Below, piece after piece: positions 57,024 to 62,365 of a stretch of DNA of 62,365 nucleotides (position 1 is the stretch's first letter; each line of letters opens with the position of its first letter). The translations under genes were made by a program, and so were the position numbers. The stretch lies in the NCBI GenBank assembly GCA_044352305.1, contig JBILED010000001.1:1-62365 (forward strand). The letters run 5' to 3'. The notes below the pieces were generated by a model that was given only the letters and a program-made list of their open reading frames with translations, was not told where the DNA came from and made no database searches. Origin of the DNA: Gemmatimonas sp. GTDB taxonomy: Bacteria; Gemmatimonadota; Gemmatimonadetes; Gemmatimonadales; Gemmatimonadaceae.

Positions 57024-57617
57024 CTACTTCCCCAGCATCCGCATGACGTCGTCGAGCGGGTTCCCGTCGCCGTCCTGGTCCAGCATGCCCATGAGCATGC
57101 CCCCCAGCCCCGCCCCGCCGGCGGCCGGGGCCGCCCCGCGCCCGCCCAGGAGACCGCCCACCAGCCCGCCGAGGGCGCCGAGCGCGCCGCCGGCGGGTTG
57201 GGACGGAGCCCCGCCCCCCTGCTGGCGCATCATCATCCCGCCCACGGCCATGGCCAGCATGGGGAGCATCTTCTTGAGCAGCGCCGGGTCCACCCCGCTC
57301 TGCTGCGCGGCGCCCTGCGCCACGGCACGGCTCACCTCCTTGGAACCGAAGAGGGTGCCGAGGAGCGCGTTCCCCTGCGCCACGTCGGTGGGGTGCTGGG
57401 AGAGCACGTTCTCCAGCAGCCCCGACCCGCCCAGCGACCCCAGCAGCTGCGCCACGGCATCGCCCCCGCCCCCCGCCTGCGCCTGCTTGCGGAAGCCCCC
57501 CATGAGGGCGGGGAGGAGCGCGGCGGCGCCGCTGGAGACCTGCTGCTCGTTGACGCCCAGTTCACGGGCGATGGACTTGAGGCCGCCCGCCTGGGCGAGG
57601 AGGTCGGTGATGTTCAC
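57024..57617 (-). CDS. DUF937 family protein
   Basis: GN.LLG.LFGSKEVSRAVA..AA..SG.D..LLKKMLP; LDQDGDGNPLDD. Confidence 0.85.
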   Translation of the reverse strand: MNITDLLAQAGGLKSIARELGVNEQQVSSGAAALLPALMGGFRKQAQAGGGGDAVAQLLGSLGGSGLLENVLSQHPTDVAQGNALLGTLFGSKEVSRAVAQGAAQQSGVDPALLKKMLPMLAMAVGGMMMRQQGGGAPSQPAGGALGALGGLVGGLLGGRGAAPAAGGAGLGGMLMGMLDQDGDGNPLDDVMRMLGK

Positions 57618-57770
57618 GGAGGGGCTCCGGCGTTGGAGGGAGGCGGGGACGCCGATCGGCGGCCCCGAAGGCCCCAAGGATGCACCGTGTGGGCGAGGGG
57701 CGCGAGGGGGCGGGGGAGACCGGCGCGCCGGCGCGCGCCACCTGTTACGGGCCCCGCCCCCACCCAGGCC

Positions 57771-58937
57771 TCACAGCGGCGGCACCGGGCCGCGCGGGCT
57801 GGCCACGCGCGGGTCCTGCTTCCACTCCTCGTTGTCCTTCCGCACCACGCTCAGCGGCCGGAGGTTCCACGCGAAGAAGGTCCAGGTGCGGTCCCACGAG
57901 TCGATCTGCTCCGGCGTGTCGTCGCGCTCGGTGCCGGCGGCGTTCACACGCCGGTTGAAGGTGTGGCCGCACCCCCCTCCCCCCTGTGGCGGGTTCACGT
58001 AGATCTTGGTCTCCGCCAGGTCGGGCTTGAGCGCGCGCAGCGTGTGCACGAACTGCTGGTTCTCGCGGTAGAACACGTCGCAGTCGTTGGTGGCCACGTG
58101 CACCAGCAGCGGCACCTGCAGCCGGTCCACGTGGAACACCGGCGAGCGGCGGATGTACTCCGGCACGTTCTCGAACGGCATCCCCTGGATCCCCGGTTCG
58201 GGGGCGAAGCTGCGCGCGTAGCTGGGGGCGTGGTCGGACAGACGGAAGATCAGGTTGGTCACCGGCACCATGGCCGCGCCGGCGCGGAAGGGGTTGCCCT
58301 CGCGGAAGAGGGTGTGCGCGGTGATGAAGCCGCCGTGGCTCCACCCCATCATCCCCAGCCGCGTCATGTCCACGTACCCCAGCGTCTTCAGGAAGTCCAC
58401 CGCCGAGAGCGCGTCGTCCACCTCCTTGCCGCCGTAGTCGATGAGGCGGTGGAAGGCGTTGCCGTAGCCGGTGCTGCCGCGGTAGTTGGGGGTGATCACC
58501 ACGTACCCCTTCTGCACCGCCTCGCGCACGAAGGGCCACATGGAGAGCGCCCAGTTGGAGTGCACGCCGCCGTGCACCCACACCAGCGCGGCGTGTCCCT
58601 CGGGCTTCTTCACCAGCGGGGCGAAGAGGTACGCGGGGATCTCCAGTCCGTCGGGGCGGCTCTTGTACGTGACCGTGCGGAATTCCAGCACCCCCTTGGC
58701 GCGCGCGGCATAGGCGCTGTCGGTCTGCTTGCGCTCCGCGATGTCGCGGTCGCAGGTGGCGCCGCAGCCGGCCAGGTCGGCGGTGTCCTTGCTGACATAC
58801 AGCTGGCGCACGCGGGCCGAGTCGAGCACCGGGGCGGGGCGGCGCACGGCCGGCTGGGCGGGCAGGGCCAAGGGCGCGGCCACGAGGAGGACAGCGGCCA
58901 GACCGAGGCGGGTGGGACGCGGGCGAAGGGGGACCAT
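57771..58937 (-). CDS. S9 family prolyl oligopeptidase-like peptidase
   Basis: VHGG, PNYRGSTGYG, GWSHGG, D and H triad candidates. Confidence 0.9.
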   Translation of the reverse strand: MVPLRPRPTRLGLAAVLLVAAPLALPAQPAVRRPAPVLDSARVRQLYVSKDTADLAGCGATCDRDIAERKQTDSAYAARAKGVLEFRTVTYKSRPDGLEIPAYLFAPLVKKPEGHAALVWVHGGVHSNWALSMWPFVREAVQKGYVVITPNYRGSTGYGNAFHRLIDYGGKEVDDALSAVDFLKTLGYVDMTRLGMMGWSHGGFITAHTLFREGNPFRAGAAMVPVTNLIFRLSDHAPSYARSFAPEPGIQGMPFENVPEYIRRSPVFHVDRLQVPLLVHVATNDCDVFYRENQQFVHTLRALKPDLAETKIYVNPPQGGGGCGHTFNRRVNAAGTERDDTPEQIDSWDRTWTFFAWNLRPLSVVRKDNEEWKQDPRVASPRGPVPPL

Positions 58938-59073
58938 GGCAGGGGCGAGGCGGGTGACGGGACGACGGTGGGAACCGTGGGGCGTGGGCATCCCGCCAAC
59001 TTGCAGCGCCCCCGGGCGCCTCGCCATCGGCGTCTCGTCGTCGGCGTCTCGTCGTCGCCCCCCCGCCCTCCGC

Positions 59074-60711
59074 TCACCCCACGCGCCGCGCCGCCCCCTC
59101 CGCCGCCTGCACGCCGTGCCACTGCGCCTCCTCCAGCAGGCTGAAGCCGCTGGCGTCGGCGTGTCCCACGAACACCCCGGGCGCCGGCTGCCAGTCACGC
59201 AGCGCGGCCGCCCGCGGCAGCACCCCGGGGAGGGGACGGGCCATGGCGTGCCCCCACACCTTCACGTCGATCCGCTCCACGCAGGCGCCGATGTCCGGGT
59301 GCGCGCGCGCCAGGTCGGCCACGATGCGGTCGCGCCAGTCTTCCCACCGCTGCGTGCGCAGCCACTGCCGCCCCTCGCGCCCGGACTGCCCCACCACGGC
59401 GTGGTACCAGCTCCAGCTGCGGCGGTCGGGGCGCGTGCCCAGCGCCTGATGGCCGGCGTCCACATACCCCAGCGACGGGCTGCCGTAGATGACCGAGTCC
59501 CACGCCGCCGGGAAGCCGCGCTCCTGCGGGGGGCGGCGGAGCAGCAGCGTGGCCACCACCCACGGCGCGTAGTCGTGCGCCACCGGCGGGCTGGCGCCCT
59601 CCAGCACGCGCGGCAGCACGAACAGCGGGGCGGCCCACACCACCGCCTGGCAGCGCACTGTCCGCTGCGGCGTGTGCACGCGCCACCCGGAGCCGTCGCG
59701 CTCCAGTCGCAGCACCGGGGCGTTGGTCACCAGCCGCTCGCCCGCGCGGGCCGCCAGGCGCGACGCAATCCAGTCGTTCCCCTCGGGCCAGGTGAGCGGC
59801 CCCTCGTCGGCGGCGGGGCGGGAGGCGGCGTAGTGCACCGCCGCCCACGCGCTCCCCTGCGCCAGCGCACAGCCGTAGTCGTCGCGCAGTCCGTACTCCA
59901 CCCACCAGTGCAGCGCCGGCGCGGTGAGCCCCTGCGCCACCAGCCACTCCCGCGCGGTGACGGTGTCCAGGGCGCGCACCGCCGCGGCCGCGCGTACCGG
60001 TACCGCCCCGCTGCGCAGCCGCCCCAGCCCCACCGCCGAGGGGACGGTGAAGGCGCCGCTGTCACGGAACTGCTCCACCACCTCGGCCAGCCGCGTGAAC
60101 TGCGCGCGCTCCGCCGCGGGGAGCGCGTCCAGCGGCTCCACGCCCTCGTGGAATTGCCCGTGCTGCCACAGCCGCTCCTGCGGCGCGTGGCACAGCATCC
60201 GCTCGTCGTAGCGGCCGTCGGCGTCCATCACCGTGAGGTCGCGCAGCAGCGCGCGCACGTGGGTGGCCTCGGGGCCCGGGAGCGGCAGGTAGTGCGCGCC
60301 CCAGGGGTAGCGTCCGGTGTCGTTGACCCCCGAGCGGGCATTGCCGCCGGGTGCGGCGGCCAGCTCCAGCAGGCACCAGTCGCGCACCCCCAGCGCGTCC
60401 AGCCGCCACCCCGCGCTCAGCCCGCCCAGCCCGCCCCCCACGATGGCCACGGCCACGCGCTGCTCCTCGCGCGTTCCCCCGGGCTGCCAGCGCCCGTCGC
60501 GCAGGGCGTGCCCCGCGGCGCTGTCGTCCTCCACGAAGCCGCCGGCAATGGGGGGCGCGCCCTTGCGGGTGAGGCGCAGCAGGGCGGGGATCCCCAGCGC
60601 CGCCGCGGCGCCCCCCGCGGTGGCGATCACGAACCCGCGGCGCGAGAGCGGGTCCGGTGCGGGCGCCCCGTCCGCGCGCGCGTCCCCGGCCGGTTCCGGC
60701 GCCTCGCTCAC
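59074..60711 (-). CDS. TAT-exported FAD-dependent amine-oxidase-like oxidoreductase
   Basis: SRRGF; IVGGGLGGLSA, GGNARSG, PWGAHYLP, RDDYG, WGHAM, SLLEEA; coupled to speE2. Confidence 0.88.
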   Translation of the reverse strand: MSEAPEPAGDARADGAPAPDPLSRRGFVIATAGGAAAALGIPALLRLTRKGAPPIAGGFVEDDSAAGHALRDGRWQPGGTREEQRVAVAIVGGGLGGLSAGWRLDALGVRDWCLLELAAAPGGNARSGVNDTGRYPWGAHYLPLPGPEATHVRALLRDLTVMDADGRYDERMLCHAPQERLWQHGQFHEGVEPLDALPAAERAQFTRLAEVVEQFRDSGAFTVPSAVGLGRLRSGAVPVRAAAAVRALDTVTAREWLVAQGLTAPALHWWVEYGLRDDYGCALAQGSAWAAVHYAASRPAADEGPLTWPEGNDWIASRLAARAGERLVTNAPVLRLERDGSGWRVHTPQRTVRCQAVVWAAPLFVLPRVLEGASPPVAHDYAPWVVATLLLRRPPQERGFPAAWDSVIYGSPSLGYVDAGHQALGTRPDRRSWSWYHAVVGQSGREGRQWLRTQRWEDWRDRIVADLARAHPDIGACVERIDVKVWGHAMARPLPGVLPRAAALRDWQPAPGVFVGHADASGFSLLEEAQWHGVQAAEGAARRVG

Positions 60712-62204
60712 CGGTTGATGGCCGCGAACTCGCGCTCGTAGTAGCGCACGAGCACCTGATCGGCCAGGCGGTTGGGGAGGGCGGGGACCCGCGCCTGGTC
60801 GGCGGGGAAGTCGAACAGCGGCGGGATGGTGGCAGCGGTGAGGTAGCGGAGCCCGGTGGGGAGCGTGCGCGGCGGCACATAGGGCACCGGCCCCGCCAGC
60901 ACGAACCCCCACTCGCCGAAGCTGGGCACGTACGCGTGGTAGGGAGCCGTGGTCAGTCCCGCCGCTTCCAGCGTGGCCACGATGCTCCAGTACGACTGCC
61001 GCGCGAACAGCGGCGACGTGGCCTGCACCACCAGGAACCCGTCGGGGGCCAGGTGCCGGCGTACCAGCCGATAGAAAGGGGCCGTGTACAGCTTCCCCAC
61101 GTGGTAGTTGGAGGGGTCGGGGAAGTCGATGACGGCGAAGTCGTACGTGCCGGGATTGGCGTCCAGCCAGGTGAAGGCGTCGGCGTTGACCACGCGCACG
61201 CGCGGGTCGCGCAGCGCGCCGCCGTTGAGCGCCGTGAGGCGGGCGTGCGTGGCGAACAGCCCCGTCATCTCGCCGTCCAGGTCCACCAGCGTGACCTCGC
61301 GCACGTCGGGGTAGCGGAGGATCTCGCGCACGGCCAGCCCGTCACCCCCGCCCAGCACCAGCACGCGCCCCCGCGCCCGCGCCGCCGCCAGCCCGGGGTG
61401 CACCAGCGCCTCGTGATAGCGGTACTCGTCGCGCGAGGCGAACTGCAGGTGCCCGTTGAGGTACAGCCGCAGGTCGTCCTTCCAGCTGGTGAGCACCAGC
61501 CGCTGGTAGCGCGTGTCGCGCGCCAGGATCACCGGGTCGGCGTACAGCCCCTCCTCGGCGATGGTGGTGAGGCGCTGCCCCTGCCAGAGCCCGGCGCCCA
61601 GCAGCAGCAGCGCCGCCACGCCCCCCGCCTGCAGGTGGCGCCGGCGCGGGAGCAGGTCGCGGAAGAGGTGCGTGCTCCACAGCCCCACGAGGACGTTGAG
61701 GAGCCCGAAGGCCATCGCCGAGCGCACCAGCCCGAGGCGCGGCACCAGCACCAGCGGGAAGAGGAGGGAGGCGCCCAGCGCGCCGATGTAGTCGAAGGTG
61801 AGGACGTTGGCGACGACGTCCTTGAACGAGAACCGCTCGCGCAGGATGCGCATGAGGAGCGGGATCTCGAGCCCCACCAGCGTGCCGATGACCAGCACCA
61901 GCGCGTAGAGCACCGGGCGGAAGGCGTCGGTGTAGGCGAAGGCCAGGAACAGCAGCAGCGAGGAGCTCCCGCCCACGACCCCCACCAGCAGCTCGATGGC
62001 CACGAAGCGCGCGACGACGCCGCGCACGATGTAGCGGGAGAGCCAGCTCCCCACGCCCATGGCGAAGAGGTAGGTGCCGATGACGGTGGAGAACTGGGTG
62101 ACCGAATCGCCCAGCAGGTACGACGCCAGCGCGCCGGCGACGAGCTCGTAGATGAGCCCGCAGGCGGCGATGAGGCAGACGGAGAGGAAGAGCGCCGCGG
62201 TCAC
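60708..62204 (-). CDS. speE: membrane-anchored polyamine aminopropyltransferase (SpeE2-like)
   Basis: 7 TM N-terminus; YLNGHLQF..RDEYRYHEALVHP, LGGGDGLA.RE, DFPDP. Confidence 0.92.
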   Translation of the reverse strand: MTAALFLSVCLIAACGLIYELVAGALASYLLGDSVTQFSTVIGTYLFAMGVGSWLSRYIVRGVVARFVAIELLVGVVGGSSSLLLFLAFAYTDAFRPVLYALVLVIGTLVGLEIPLLMRILRERFSFKDVVANVLTFDYIGALGASLLFPLVLVPRLGLVRSAMAFGLLNVLVGLWSTHLFRDLLPRRRHLQAGGVAALLLLGAGLWQGQRLTTIAEEGLYADPVILARDTRYQRLVLTSWKDDLRLYLNGHLQFASRDEYRYHEALVHPGLAAARARGRVLVLGGGDGLAVREILRYPDVREVTLVDLDGEMTGLFATHARLTALNGGALRDPRVRVVNADAFTWLDANPGTYDFAVIDFPDPSNYHVGKLYTAPFYRLVRRHLAPDGFLVVQATSPLFARQSYWSIVATLEAAGLTTAPYHAYVPSFGEWGFVLAGPVPYVPPRTLPTGLRYLTAATIPPLFDFPADQARVPALPNRLADQVLVRYYEREFAAINR

Positions 62205-62243
62205 CGGCGGCGGGGCGGCGGGACGGGGCGGCGCACCGGCGCG

Positions 62244-62365
62244 CTAGTGGATGGCCGCGGCGACGATGATCCCCAGCGCGAGGGCGACGCACCCCATGAG
62301 GGTGGCGGCGGCCTGGTTGCGCTTCTCGCTGATCTCCTCCCAGAGCTTGCCGGGGGTGAGGAGGT
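62244..62365 (-). CDS. DUF350 family membrane protein, C-terminal part (truncated by window end)
   Basis: LTPGKLWEEISEKRNQAAATLMGCVALALGIIVAAAIH*. Confidence 0.8.
   Translation of the reverse strand, partial: LLTPGKLWEEISEKRNQAAATLMGCVALALGIIVAAAIH

Noticed and set aside
1-62365. tRNA, rRNA, transposase or prophage genes
   Set aside because: None recognised by eye; a tRNAscan or Rfam run would be needed to exclude small RNAs

Overview
High-GC bacterial chromosomal window. The gene style (many TAT/Sec-exported amidohydrolases, TonB-related proteins, plug-only carboxypeptidase-regulatory-domain proteins) suggests Gemmatimonadota; this is an inference. Two main systems stand out. (1) A chromosomal integron with an 'inverted' layout: an intact intI (30234-31241, +) points toward its array, with attI (crossover about 31420) downstream of the integrase. 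About 8 attC sites follow (31.9-40.2 kb) and decay with distance from attI. The first cassette is an AAC(3)-I-like aminoglycoside acetyltransferase. The rest of the region to about 54 kb has a different codon style and contains gene remnants. (2) Directly upstream lies a compact sulfoquinovose catabolism cluster: MFS transporter, GH188/SqgA-like NAD-dependent sulfoquinovosidase, SmoB-like reductase and SmoC-like monooxygenase. The window also holds rocF-rocD with an Lrp regulator, two VapBC-type toxin-antitoxin pairs with palindromic operators, two unusual fusion genes (amidohydrolase-PQQ dehydrogenase; MBL hydrolase-RidA) and a speE2-like operon at the right end. All family assignments come from motifs recognised by eye; no searches were run.
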